A stretch of DNA of 26,737 nt, from assembly GCA_031416075.1 (NCBI GenBank), contig JANOSY010000012.1:1-26737 (forward strand), written 5' to 3'. The stretch's first letter is position 1. Each line of letters starts with the position of its first letter. This document shows positions 15,305 through 26,597 of the stretch, one piece after another. Below the pieces are notes generated by a model. It ran no database searches and was not told the DNA's origin. It saw nothing but the letters and a program-made list of their open reading frames with translations. The translations under genes were made by a program, and so were the position numbers. This DNA is from Candidatus Tenderia sp. (GTDB lineage Bacteria > Pseudomonadota > Gammaproteobacteria > Tenderiales > Tenderiaceae).

Positions 15305-16507
15305 CTAAAGTGCGTGACGGCGGTCCTGGAGCATAAACCCCTCCAGCAGGCCGTCGTACCCTTTGCCTAACGCCAATACCTTGAACAGTTCTCCCATCTC
15401 ATTGGGCAGTGTCAGCTTTTTCACCTGCTGGGTGATCTCCAGATAGTGGCGGGTATCGTTTTGATCCACCGTTGCTAGACGTTGACCCAGGCCTGAGGCA
15501 ATCAAAAACTGCGCTTGAGCGGTATAACCCAGCACCTCCAGCCCGGACTTCAGTGCCGTCTCTGCCAGTGCGGTGAAGTCGACATGGGCAGTGATATCCT
15601 GCAGGCCGACGAGGATGAGTGGGTCGCCATGGGCGCGGTGGCGGTAGTGGCACATCAGGGTACCGCCGGTGCGTTCGGCGTGGTAGTACTCGTGGCGTGG
15701 AAAGCCGTAGTCGATGATCAGCGCCACCCCCTGCTTCATAAAACCGGCCAGACTTTTTATCCACCCTTGTTGGGCCAGATTGATCTCGGTGGTATAGCCG
15801 GGGCAGAAGGTCTCGTTATCCAATGTCTGTTGCAGGGGGGGGATGCGCTGCTGTAGTTCCGGAGTGCTGAGCGGCCTGTCGCACCAGACAAAACGTCCCT
15901 CCTGCCAGGCAACAAACCCTTCCCGCACCCCCTTCTCTTCAAAACGGATCAGGTGGACCGGCATCGCATCGACCACCTCGTTGGCCAGTACCACCCCTAT
16001 GAAACCGGGGGCGGGCAGCTGATCCAGCCACTCAATCCGTTCAAACAGGTGGGGCACGTGGCGGCGTAGTGTCTCCTGCTGGCGCTGGCGCAAGTCGGCA
16101 CTCAGCTCCAGTATGAGATAACGCACCGGCAGGCTCTCCAGCCGCTCCAGCTCCAGCAGGATGTCGCGGGCCATGGCCCCCGTGCCCGCGCCAAACTCCA
16201 GCAGGTTGCCACCATTAAGCCCCTGCAAAATCTGCTGACACTGTTGTGCTAGACAGTGTGAAAAGAGTGGTGATATCTCGGGCGCAGTGACAAAGTCCCC
16301 GGCTTCGCCAAATTTACGCGCCCCGGCGGCGTAGTAACCTAACCCCGGTGCGTAGAGTGCCAGCTCCATAAAGCGGGCGAAGGTGATCAAGCCATTGGCG
16401 GCGGCGATTTCGGTGCAGATCAGCGTCTCCAGCTTTTTGCTGTGGGCCAGCTCATCAGCGGTGGCGGTGGGCAGGCCGTTGGCGGGATTGGCGTTCATTC
16501 GGTTCAT
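15305..16507 (-). CDS. SAM-dependent methyltransferase, MidA/NDUFAF7 family
   Basis: FARFMELALY, GDFVTAPEIS, LEFGAGTG, ANEVVDAMP, IDYG, QDITAHVDF, EMGELFKV. Confidence 0.93.
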   Translation of the reverse strand: MNRMNANPANGLPTATADELAHSKKLETLICTEIAAANGLITFARFMELALYAPGLGYYAAGARKFGEAGDFVTAPEISPLFSHCLAQQCQQILQGLNGGNLLEFGAGTGAMARDILLELERLESLPVRYLILELSADLRQRQQETLRRHVPHLFERIEWLDQLPAPGFIGVVLANEVVDAMPVHLIRFEEKGVREGFVAWQEGRFVWCDRPLSTPELQQRIPPLQQTLDNETFCPGYTTEINLAQQGWIKSLAGFMKQGVALIIDYGFPRHEYYHAERTGGTLMCHYRHRAHGDPLILVGLQDITAHVDFTALAETALKSGLEVLGYTAQAQFLIASGLGQRLATVDQNDTRHYLEITQQVKKLTLPNEMGELFKVLALGKGYDGLLEGFMLQDRRHAL

Positions 16508-16588
16508 GTTTACCAGTCAATCAGTTAGAGTGGGCCACAGTGTAGCTAATCACACCTCCAATCACCATTCAGGAGCACTATTCAGGGT

Positions 16589-17341
16589 ATGAACAGCACT
16601 GATCAACAAGGGTTTAAAGTGGCGCTGATCACGGGCGGTGCCCAGCGTATTGGTGCCGAACTGGTGCAGCAGCTGCATGCCAATGGTATGAATATCGCGC
16701 TGCACTATCGCAGCTCTGCCGATGCGGCGATGGCATTGGCGGAGCAGCTGAACCAGCAGCGTGCCGACTCGGTAATCCTGCTTCAGGGGGACCTGTTGAA
16801 TATGGCGGATCTGCAACGGATTGTGGATGAGGCGGCAGACCACTGGCAACGCCTTGATGTGCTGGTGAATAACGCCTCCAGCTTCTACCCCACCGTTGTT
16901 GGGCAGAGTAGCGCGGCGCAGTGGGACGACCTGATCGGCACCAACCTTAAAGCTCCCTTTTTTCTGGCGCAGGCGGCGTTGCCACACCTCAAACAGAAAC
17001 ACGGCTGCATCATCAATATTGTTGATATCCACGCCCAGCGCCCCATGAAGGGGCACCCCATCTACTGTGCGGCCAAGGCCGGGCTGGCGATGTTGACCCA
17101 GTCCCTGGCGCGGGAGCTGGGGCCGGAGGTGCGGGTCAACGGTGTTGCCCCCGGTGCCATTCTCTGGCCCGAACAGGCAATGGATGATGAGACCAAGGGG
17201 ACGATCCTTGAGCGTACCGCCCTTAAGCGCCAGGGTTCCCCCCGTGACATTGCCCGTACCGCGCTGTTTTTGATTGCTGATGCGGATTACATCACCGGCC
17301 AGATCATCAGCGTTGATGGGGGGCGCACGCTGGGTTATTAA
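16589..17341 (+). CDS. Pteridine reductase (FolM/PTR1-like SDR)
   Basis: ITGGAQRIG, LVNNASSF, NIVDIH, YCAAK, VNGVAPG, VDGGR. Confidence 0.9.
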   Translation: MNSTDQQGFKVALITGGAQRIGAELVQQLHANGMNIALHYRSSADAAMALAEQLNQQRADSVILLQGDLLNMADLQRIVDEAADHWQRLDVLVNNASSFYPTVVGQSSAAQWDDLIGTNLKAPFFLAQAALPHLKQKHGCIINIVDIHAQRPMKGHPIYCAAKAGLAMLTQSLARELGPEVRVNGVAPGAILWPEQAMDDETKGTILERTALKRQGSPRDIARTALFLIADADYITGQIISVDGGRTLGY

Positions 17342-17350
17342 CCGGTAGGT

Positions 17351-19453
17351 TCAGGCGGGAATGGTCAGATGTTCCGGTGCCAACCCCGCCTGATGGCGCT
17401 GCCACATGGCGCTGTAGGCCGCTTCAATGTGGCGAGTGAATAGGGGGGTATCAAAGAGCGGTTGGGTCAGACGGTTGCGCTCCAGTTTGTCCCTGATGGC
17501 GGCCAGGGTGGCCGGCTCTCTGGCCAGGGTTAAGGCCCGCGCCGCATAGTCTTCATGGCTCTGGGTGATCAGCTCGGGCAGACCCACCGCCTGCAACAGA
17601 CTGGCGGCCACCCGGCTGGCAAAGGTACTGCCGATGCAGGTGAGCAGCGGCAGCCCGGCCCACAGGGCATCACTGCTGGTGGTATGGGCATTGTAATAAA
17701 AGGTGTCGAGGAACAGATCCGCCTGCCGGTGGCGGGCCAGATGTTCAGCCAGTGCCAGCCGTGGGGCAAAGATGAGCCGTGCCGGATCGATGCCGCGCTG
17801 CTCTGCCTCGCGGCGCAGGTTATGGCAGATTGCCGAATTCCCCTGATAGAGCCAGAGCACGCTCCCCTCCACCTCTGCCAGCAGCCCCATCCAGACAGTA
17901 AACAGATCGGGGGTGATCTTGAAGTTATTGTTAAAACAGCAGAAGACAAAACCCGTCTCCGGCAGCCCCAGTGCTGCCCGGGAGGGTGTATTTGTGGCAA
18001 TGGGGCGCTGGTTATCATTCACCTGATAGCAGTGTGGCAGCTGCACCACCTTCTCACTGTAGAGATTAAAATGGTCCGTGGGCACCACCACCGGATCGGC
18101 GATGAGGTAATCGATGTAAGTAGCTCCCATGGTGCCGGGAAAGCCGAGATAGCTCACCTGGATCGGGGCGGGGCGCTGGGCAAAAATGGCGGGGCGCGAG
18201 TCGTGGGTATACCCCTTCAGATCAATAGCGATATCGATCTGCTGCCGTTGCGCCAATGTTGCAATCTGCTGGTCGCTGTTATCCTGAACATCAAAAAAGT
18301 GGTCAAAGGCGGCCCGCAGCCGCTGCTGCATCGGGTCGTGATGGGCAGGGCCAAAGGAGAAGGCAAAGGTTTCAAAGCGTTGGGCATCGTGCTGTTCAAA
18401 CATCTGTACCATCAGGTGGGCGGTAGCATGGTTGTGAAAGTCGGCCGAAAAATAGCCGATGCGAATGCGCTCATGGGGGGTAGCTGGCGCGGTCCAGAGC
18501 GGTGGCCCCAGCGCCGGGTACTGATCGGCGGTGCAGCACTCAGCCGCCTGTTTTAACAGGGTGGCATCGATGGCAGTGGCCATCAGGCCAAACGGAATTG
18601 CCACCGTTGCCCCGCGTTTAATCTGGGTGCTGATCTGCTTAACCCGTTCGTCAAACCCCTGCCAGTCACCCATCGCCATCTGGGCGTGGAGTCGGCTGCC
18701 CTGGATATAGGGCAGCGTTGGGTCGAGGGCAATCGCCCGGTCGTAACTGGCCAGCGCCTCTTCCGGTTGCTGGAGCGCTGTCAGCAACTCCGCTCGGTTT
18801 TTGTGCGCGGCGGCGTAGTCGGGGGTCAGGGCAATCGCCCGGTCGTAAGCGGCCAGCGCCTCGGTTGTCTGCCCCAGCGCCGCCAGCGCCAGCCCGCGAT
18901 TGTTAAACGCCTCTGCCATCGTACTGTCGATCGCCAGCGCCCGTTCATAACAGGCGAGGGCATCATGGTAACGGTGCAGATCGGTCAGTACAGAGCCACG
19001 ATTGATATGGGCGGCCACAAAACCGGGGTCCAGCTGTAACGCCCTGTCATAACTCGCCAGCGACTCCTCATAACGGCGCAGCTTGTTCAGTACCACACCA
19101 CGATTGTTGTGGGCGTCAGGGTAGTGGCTGTTGAGGGCCAGCGCCTGGTTGTAACTCGCCAACGCCTGCTCATAACGGTCCAGCTCCTGCAGCGCCTTGG
19201 CGCGGTTGTAGTGCATGGAGACATTGTGTGGCTCCACAGCAGACGCCTTGGTGAACTGGGTCAGCGCCTCTTCAAACCGCCCGCTCTGGCCGTAAAGAAT
19301 GCCCAGATTCTGCAAGGCGTTAAGATTCTTGGGATCAGCCTTCAGCACCTGACGATAGAGCTCCAGGGCGCGGGCAAGTCGGCCCTCCTGGTGCGCAGTA
19401 ATCGCCTGATTCAGCTGTTTGTGTAGTCGTGGGTCTGTTGGGGGTGGGGTCAT
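17351..19453 (-). CDS. TPR-containing GT41 glycosyltransferase (O-GlcNAc transferase-like)
   Basis: About seven 34-aa TPRs, then RIRIGYFSADFHNHAT, IDLKGYT, APIQVSYLGFPGTMG, FNNNFKITP and DTFYYNAHTTSSDALWAG. Confidence 0.92.
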   Translation of the reverse strand: MTPPPTDPRLHKQLNQAITAHQEGRLARALELYRQVLKADPKNLNALQNLGILYGQSGRFEEALTQFTKASAVEPHNVSMHYNRAKALQELDRYEQALASYNQALALNSHYPDAHNNRGVVLNKLRRYEESLASYDRALQLDPGFVAAHINRGSVLTDLHRYHDALACYERALAIDSTMAEAFNNRGLALAALGQTTEALAAYDRAIALTPDYAAAHKNRAELLTALQQPEEALASYDRAIALDPTLPYIQGSRLHAQMAMGDWQGFDERVKQISTQIKRGATVAIPFGLMATAIDATLLKQAAECCTADQYPALGPPLWTAPATPHERIRIGYFSADFHNHATAHLMVQMFEQHDAQRFETFAFSFGPAHHDPMQQRLRAAFDHFFDVQDNSDQQIATLAQRQQIDIAIDLKGYTHDSRPAIFAQRPAPIQVSYLGFPGTMGATYIDYLIADPVVVPTDHFNLYSEKVVQLPHCYQVNDNQRPIATNTPSRAALGLPETGFVFCCFNNNFKITPDLFTVWMGLLAEVEGSVLWLYQGNSAICHNLRREAEQRGIDPARLIFAPRLALAEHLARHRQADLFLDTFYYNAHTTSSDALWAGLPLLTCIGSTFASRVAASLLQAVGLPELITQSHEDYAARALTLAREPATLAAIRDKLERNRLTQPLFDTPLFTRHIEAAYSAMWQRHQAGLAPEHLTIPA

Positions 19454-19510
19454 GGTAAAAGTTTGCCACAGTTAGTGCGGTGTAGAGAAGCAGTAGCGTG
19501 TGGTAACCCG

Positions 19511-20650
19511 TTATTTGTGAATAGTTATTTGATCTTTTTCCCTTGAGGCAAATCCCAGCGCTTCGATCCCGGCCCAGTCGCGGCTCTTGGTGGCGGGGGA
19601 TAGGACAGAATAGAGTGCTCGGTACCAGCGTTGTGTATTGAGTTTATGCATGGAGACCGTTTTTGTCCGCTGCGCCCCCAGGTATTCGAGGATTTCGTGT
19701 TGCCGGGCATTGATCTTTTTTTCGCGCAGCAGATCGCCCAGGTAGGCGAGGGCCAACATCTGACCGGCAATTTGGCTGGCGCGCTCATGAATGCGCTCAA
19801 TGGTATCGGTCATGCCTAGCAGGGCGAACTTGATGAATGGCTCATTGCAGCTCTCCGGTGTTGACTTTTCAGCTTTCCGGCACTGGTTGAAGAGTGTGTA
19901 GTAGTCGTCGATGTGGTCCAGATAGTACTTATCCAGGCCGCGTGCCCAGCCGCGATAACCGGCGTGCATGAGTACCGCCTTCTCCAACAGGCGACCAATG
20001 CGACCATTGCCATCATTAAATGGATGGATGCGTTCGAAGTAGTAGTGGAGCAGTGCTGCGCGGATGTAGGCTGGAACAGTCGCCATCTCTTCGGATGAGT
20101 TCCACTGCGTTAGTGCCTGCATCAGCATTGCAATGTCACTCCGAGCTTGAGGCGGTTTGTAGGTGCCGCCATGGGCTTGATCCCCCACGTTGGTTGTTAT
20201 GCCTGGTGGATTGTCACGATAGAGGCCGGGTTGGTAGTCGCTGTCTGTCAGGCCGGTGGTCGCCATAATGTGGAGTTGGCGCATCAGCGCCTCGGTGATG
20301 GGGAGTGCGGCGGCATCCTTGAAGGAGGTCACATATTGATCCAGGTATTCATAGGCCTTGACCAGATTGGCGATACGCAATTCCCGGTTATCGCTGGCCG
20401 CATCGGCGTTCTCGATCAGATCAGACGCCTCTTCGTCAGTGATATCTCCCCCTTCGATGGTATCGGTGCTGGTTACGCCACTGACCAGTACATCCTTTTC
20501 CAGTTTGGCGGCAATACGTGAATAGGCGGGCAGCCGGGTGAGCATCCGGTGGCCAAGTTCAATCTGGCTGGTATACGCCTGAAGGGTGTTTAGGGCAAAG
20601 CCCAGTTGAAAGGTGAAGGGGCCTGAACTAAACGTCTCTATTTTCAGCAT
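19511..20650 (-). CDS. Fic-family protein with N-terminal inhibitory motif (class II) and possible C-terminal winged helix
   Basis: Canonical HPFNDGNGRIGR; (S/T)xxxEG-type motif STDTIEG; tail INARQHEIL..SPATKSRD resembles an HTH. Confidence 0.9.
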   Translation of the reverse strand: MLKIETFSSGPFTFQLGFALNTLQAYTSQIELGHRMLTRLPAYSRIAAKLEKDVLVSGVTSTDTIEGGDITDEEASDLIENADAASDNRELRIANLVKAYEYLDQYVTSFKDAAALPITEALMRQLHIMATTGLTDSDYQPGLYRDNPPGITTNVGDQAHGGTYKPPQARSDIAMLMQALTQWNSSEEMATVPAYIRAALLHYYFERIHPFNDGNGRIGRLLEKAVLMHAGYRGWARGLDKYYLDHIDDYYTLFNQCRKAEKSTPESCNEPFIKFALLGMTDTIERIHERASQIAGQMLALAYLGDLLREKKINARQHEILEYLGAQRTKTVSMHKLNTQRWYRALYSVLSPATKSRDWAGIEALGFASREKDQITIHK

Positions 20651-20651
20651 T

Positions 20652-20743
20652 TGAAAGCCCTGTGAAATTTATATGAAACCTTTATGAAAATGATATTTCA
20701 TTTAAAACATTGGGTTACATGTAACTTTATTTTTTCATGAAAA
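20652..20743. promoter_or_regulatory. Putative operator array upstream of fic
   Basis: TGAAA at 20652, 20663, 20674 and 20685 (exact 11-bp phase), inverted TTTCA at 20696; palindromes GTTACATGTAAC (20714) and TTTTCATGAAAA (20732). Confidence 0.45.
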
Positions 20744-20779
20744 CAGAATTGAAGAGTATTGCATGTGTTTGAAATAGTC

Positions 20780-20823
20780 AAAAAATCGCGGTGGTGGGTT
20801 GGCAATCACTCCTAACCCACCAT
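20780..20823 (-). terminator. Terminator-like hairpin downstream of the duplicated tex end
   Basis: TGGTGGGTT(GG)..(CCT)AACCCACCA stem with a T-tract on the minus strand (AAAAAA at 20780-20785 on +). Confidence 0.5.
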
Positions 20824-20833
20824 ATTTTTGGTA

Positions 20834-20870
20834 TTAATGCTTCAAATTTGCAAACGCCGCCACCGACTCC
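20834..20870 (-). repeat. Decayed direct-repeat copy of the tex 3' end (att-like)
   Basis: Encodes ESVAAFANLKH* versus [13 protein letters not shown] of tex. ATTTGCAAACGCCGC is identical at 20846-20860 and 24166-24180, followed by CCGACTCC after a 6-bp gap. Confidence 0.75.
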
Positions 20871-21150
20871 ATTCCACGCGCACAAGCTCGGCCAAAAGTT
20901 GAGTACACTCCCTTGGCCATGTGCACTCTTCAGCCAGTATCTTGCTGAGTTTCTCTGCCCGGCGAATGGTGGCCTCAGTATCATGTAGCTGGAACAGAAT
21001 CGCCTCACGCCAGTTGTCGGCAGCCTGTCGAGATCATCCGGCGTCTGACGATATGGTCCCCCCGCTCGTGCGTTTTAAGGAAGGTGCAGAGCAGTTTTGC
21101 CAGTCCGCTATTGTTGCTGCTGATCAAGATGGCGGTGTAACCCATTAACT

Positions 21151-21240
21151 CCGTTCGCCTTGAGCCTGTCGAAAGGCTGATGTAACTCTCTGATTGTACC
21201 TGGCCCTCCATTCATGGTTCGACAAGCTCACTACGAACGG
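21151..21240. repeat. 90-bp palindromic REP/MITE-like element (TGAGCCTGTCGAA / TTCGACAAGCTCA type)
   Basis: CCGTTCG.CCTTGAGCCTGTCGAAAGG ... TGGTTCGACAAGCTCACTA.CGAACGG: terminal inverted repeats with internal hairpins. Confidence 0.75.
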
Positions 21241-21260
21241 AGGGGTCATTTAGAGATTCC

Positions 21261-22301
21261 CTAACCGTTGGAGTAGGCGCGCCGGATCATCTTTAAAACC
21301 TCTTCATTGGCGTTGTCGTGTCGCAGATCGATATCAGGATGGGCATTTTTGAAAACACGAAACACCTCATCAGCAAAGGCCTGGCCGATGGAGTCTACCC
21401 CCTCAAAGTCCAGCACCACACGACTGAAACGTTCTACACGGTTCAATATCCGTTTGGCTTGAGAGCGTGAGACCAGTCGTTCACCTTCATACAGGGCGAG
21501 TTTGACGGGCACGATGGTTTTGTCGAAATGGTAATCGTCGGGGCCGCTGCTGTAGGCATCAAATATCTGTTTCAGGCTCTTTTGACTGTGTGTGGATATT
21601 TCCATAATGACCGTAGTCCCTGCTGTCACCTTCTCACCGTGAAACAGAAAGTCATTGTCGTGATGGTCCACATGGGTAAACGCCAGATCATCGGAGAGGA
21701 TAAAAAACTGATCAAAGGCCCGAGAGGTGAAAAAGATCCCCTCTCCCGTGTGGTTGGCGGGGTCGGTAGTCAGCTTGCCTTTGCTCAACTCCAGCAGTGA
21801 TTCGCGGGGATCGGGAAGTTTCAACAGCCGGGCGATACGCAGAAATATCCCCTCGCCATTGTCGGAGATGGAGATGGCAACATGGGAATCCGTCCGTTCG
21901 GCAGAGACGTCGATCTCCGTCCCCTCGGAGTGGTCAATGGCGTTGTTGAAGATCTCCGTAAAGCCGTAGTGGCAGATCTCTTCGATGTTTTTCGGCAGAT
22001 CGGCAAATACAAAATGGAAGTCACGGCGATAGGCGCTCGATTCATCCGCAATGCTCGGGTCATAACTGGCGGCATACCAGCGATTCGGGCCAATCGAATA
22101 GCGCCGCGCCCGTGTGCTCCCCTCGGCGACAAGATAACCATGTTCAACCAGATAGCTCAGATGGCGATGTATGGCCTGGCGAGTGACGCCGAACTGTGCG
22201 GTCGCCGTCTGGATGTAGTCGAGCCGCCCAGCCTTGATGGCCTCCAGCAGGAAATACCGTGCCTCGGTCGCTTTTTGGGTTTTGCCTAGGGGTGAGTACA
22301 T
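21261..22301 (-). CDS. HTH + HATPase_c + STAS-like (DUF4325) protein
   Basis: FGVTRQAIHRHL HTH; GHKL boxes EIFNNAIDHS, ISDNGEGI, HTGEGIFF, GTTV; C-terminal SRSQAKR..VVLDFEGVDSIGQAFADEVFRV. Confidence 0.9.
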   Translation of the reverse strand: MYSPLGKTQKATEARYFLLEAIKAGRLDYIQTATAQFGVTRQAIHRHLSYLVEHGYLVAEGSTRARRYSIGPNRWYAASYDPSIADESSAYRRDFHFVFADLPKNIEEICHYGFTEIFNNAIDHSEGTEIDVSAERTDSHVAISISDNGEGIFLRIARLLKLPDPRESLLELSKGKLTTDPANHTGEGIFFTSRAFDQFFILSDDLAFTHVDHHDNDFLFHGEKVTAGTTVIMEISTHSQKSLKQIFDAYSSGPDDYHFDKTIVPVKLALYEGERLVSRSQAKRILNRVERFSRVVLDFEGVDSIGQAFADEVFRVFKNAHPDIDLRHDNANEEVLKMIRRAYSNG

Positions 22302-22306
22302 GGTCT

Positions 22307-22373
22307 TTGTAAACTTTTTTAGTCGGGATGAGGGTAAATAGTAAACATTTTGTTTGTTGATTGTAAACTTTTT
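22307..22373. promoter_or_regulatory. Direct-repeat boxes in the divergent promoter region
   Basis: TTGTAAACTTTTT at 22307 and 22361, plus GTAAACATTTT at 22341. Confidence 0.45.
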
Positions 22374-22485
22374 CAGGATTTAACTGCTCCCCCTATCCCG
22401 CTCGGACAAACTCGGCCAGGCGTTTTATACATGTCGGTTGTGATAGGGTCGCTGGTTGGTGGTCATGTCATGTTGGGGGTGGGGA

Positions 22486-24099
22486 ATGGTCGTAGAGATA
22501 GACGGATACAAAGTATTTATCGCAAGTCCGGGCGGGCTTGAAAAGGAGCGCAAGGCCTTTGCCTGTACTCTGAATGATTACAACGAAACCGATGCCCTGC
22601 ATCGCGGCAAGTTGTTTATCCCAAAAGGGTGGGAGGTAACGCTGGCGGGCATGGGGCGGCCACAGGCGTTAATTAATGAAGCCATCTGTGAGTGCGACTA
22701 CTTTGTGCTGTTGCTGTGGGATCGCTGGGGTTCACCCACAGGTGTGGAGGGGCAATCCAAATACAGCTCAGGCACGGAAGAGGAGTATCACGTCGCCCTG
22801 GAGTGCATTAACGATCCGGAAAAACCGCTGCGGCAGATGGTGGTGTTTTTCAAGGCGGTAGACCCCGGCAAGTTGAGTGATCCGGGGCCACAGTTGACCC
22901 AGGTGCTGGAGTTCAAGAAAAAACTTGAACGGGAAAAGCAGCTGTACTTTTTCACCTTTGATGAAATGGCCACGTATGAAAAAAGACTCAGGGCTCACCT
23001 TGCCCGGTGGGTGCGTGATGCTGAAAATCCATCGGCGCAACCATTGGTGATTTCTGACGATGTCACGCTGGATGTGAGCGACTCCAGGCCTGCTACGGAA
23101 GATACAAACAGACACACCGGCATGTTGACAGAGGCGGATGCCCTTGCCGATGCGGGTCGTCTTACGGAGGCTGAGGTGTTGTATGCCCGTGCCGCAGTAA
23201 GTGGCAATAGCCTGGAGGCGATTAACGCCTATGGTCACTTTTTAAGTCGCATTGGACGTTTGGCTCAGGCAGAGGCGATGTATGAGCGCTGTCAGGAGTT
23301 GGCTCAGGCGGCGGATGATCGAAGCTGGCTTGCAGCTTCTTACGGTAATTTAGGGACTGTCTACCAAAGACGGGGTGATCTGGCGCAGGCCGAGGTGATG
23401 TATCACAAGAGCCTGGCGATCTGTGAGGCGCTGGGACACAAAGAGGGGATGGCGAATCAATACGGCAATTTAGGAGTTGTCTACGAAACGCGGTCTGATC
23501 TGGATCGGGCCGAGGCGATGTATCGCAAGAGCCTGGCGATTAATGAGGTGCTGGGGCGCAAGGAGGGGATGGCGAATCAATACGGCAATTTAGGGAATCT
23601 CTACCAAACGCGGGGTGATCTGGATCAGGCTGAGGCAATGTATCGCAAGAGTCTGGAGATCGATGAGGTGCTGGGGTGCAAGGAGGGGATGGCGAATCAA
23701 TATGGCAATTTAGGGATTGTCTACAAAGCGCGGGGTGATCTGGCGCAGGCCGAGTCGATGCATCGCAAGAGCCTAGAGATCAATGAGGTGCTGGGGCACA
23801 AGGCGGGGATGGCCAGCAATTATGGCAATTTAGGGATTGTCTACAAAGCGAGGGGTGATCTGGAGCAGGCCGAGTCGATGCATCACAAGAGCCTGGAGAT
23901 CAATGAAGCGCTGGGGTGCAAAGAGGGGGTGGCTGGCGATTACGGCAATTTAGGGAATGTCTACCAAGCGCGGGGTGATCTGGATCAAGCCGAGGCGATG
24001 TATCGCAAGAGCTTGGATTTGTTCCATGCGATTGATGCAAAACTTGGTGTTCAGCATTTTGAGGTTCTATTGATGGAGCTGTTGGACAAAAAGAGTTGA
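22486..24099 (+). CDS. DUF4062-like (TIR-like) N-terminal domain plus tandem 40-aa TPR repeats
   Basis: KVFIASPGGLEKER, PQALIN..I.ECDYFVLLLWDRWGSPT, SGTEEEY, VVFFK; then YGNLG.VY..RGDL.QAE.MYRKSL repeats. ATG at 22486 after GGGGA is the likelier start (track gives TTG 22456). Confidence 0.85.
   Translation: MVVEIDGYKVFIASPGGLEKERKAFACTLNDYNETDALHRGKLFIPKGWEVTLAGMGRPQALINEAICECDYFVLLLWDRWGSPTGVEGQSKYSSGTEEEYHVALECINDPEKPLRQMVVFFKAVDPGKLSDPGPQLTQVLEFKKKLEREKQLYFFTFDEMATYEKRLRAHLARWVRDAENPSAQPLVISDDVTLDVSDSRPATEDTNRHTGMLTEADALADAGRLTEAEVLYARAAVSGNSLEAINAYGHFLSRIGRLAQAEAMYERCQELAQAADDRSWLAASYGNLGTVYQRRGDLAQAEVMYHKSLAICEALGHKEGMANQYGNLGVVYETRSDLDRAEAMYRKSLAINEVLGRKEGMANQYGNLGNLYQTRGDLDQAEAMYRKSLEIDEVLGCKEGMANQYGNLGIVYKARGDLAQAESMHRKSLEINEVLGHKAGMASNYGNLGIVYKARGDLEQAESMHHKSLEINEALGCKEGVAGDYGNLGNVYQARGDLDQAEAMYRKSLDLFHAIDAKLGVQHFEVLLMELLDKKS
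23329..24048 (+). repeat. Six 120-bp intragenic tandem repeats (TPR)
   Basis: TAYGGYAATTTAGG recurs at 23341, 23461, 23581, 23701, 23821 and 23941. Confidence 0.93.
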
Positions 24100-24103
24100 G
24101 TGC

Positions 24104-24138
24104 AGAGGTTGGCGTGGTGTGAGACCACGCCAACCTTT
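24104..24138. terminator. Hairpin terminator between the convergent TPR gene and tex
   Basis: Perfect 13-bp stem AGGTTGGCGTGGT-gtgag-ACCACGCCAACCT. Confidence 0.75.
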
Positions 24139-24153
24139 GGTCTGTTTTGATAG

Positions 24154-26481
<2,328 letters not shown>

Positions 26482-26597
26482 GAGGCGTGTCCTTTCTACG
26501 GCTTGTTTTTTGAGCTTAACAGCCGGGTTTAGTCGGCGTAGTGGGGCGCTATTATACGGGAGATGTGCGGTGTGGGGGGATGGGGGGGTAGAACCAC

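Noticed and set aside
20871-21150. Minus-strand protein-like fragment (NWREAILFQLHDTEATIRRAEKLSKILAEE)
   Set aside because: Probably a frameshifted gene relic cut by the palindrome, but no family is recognisable.
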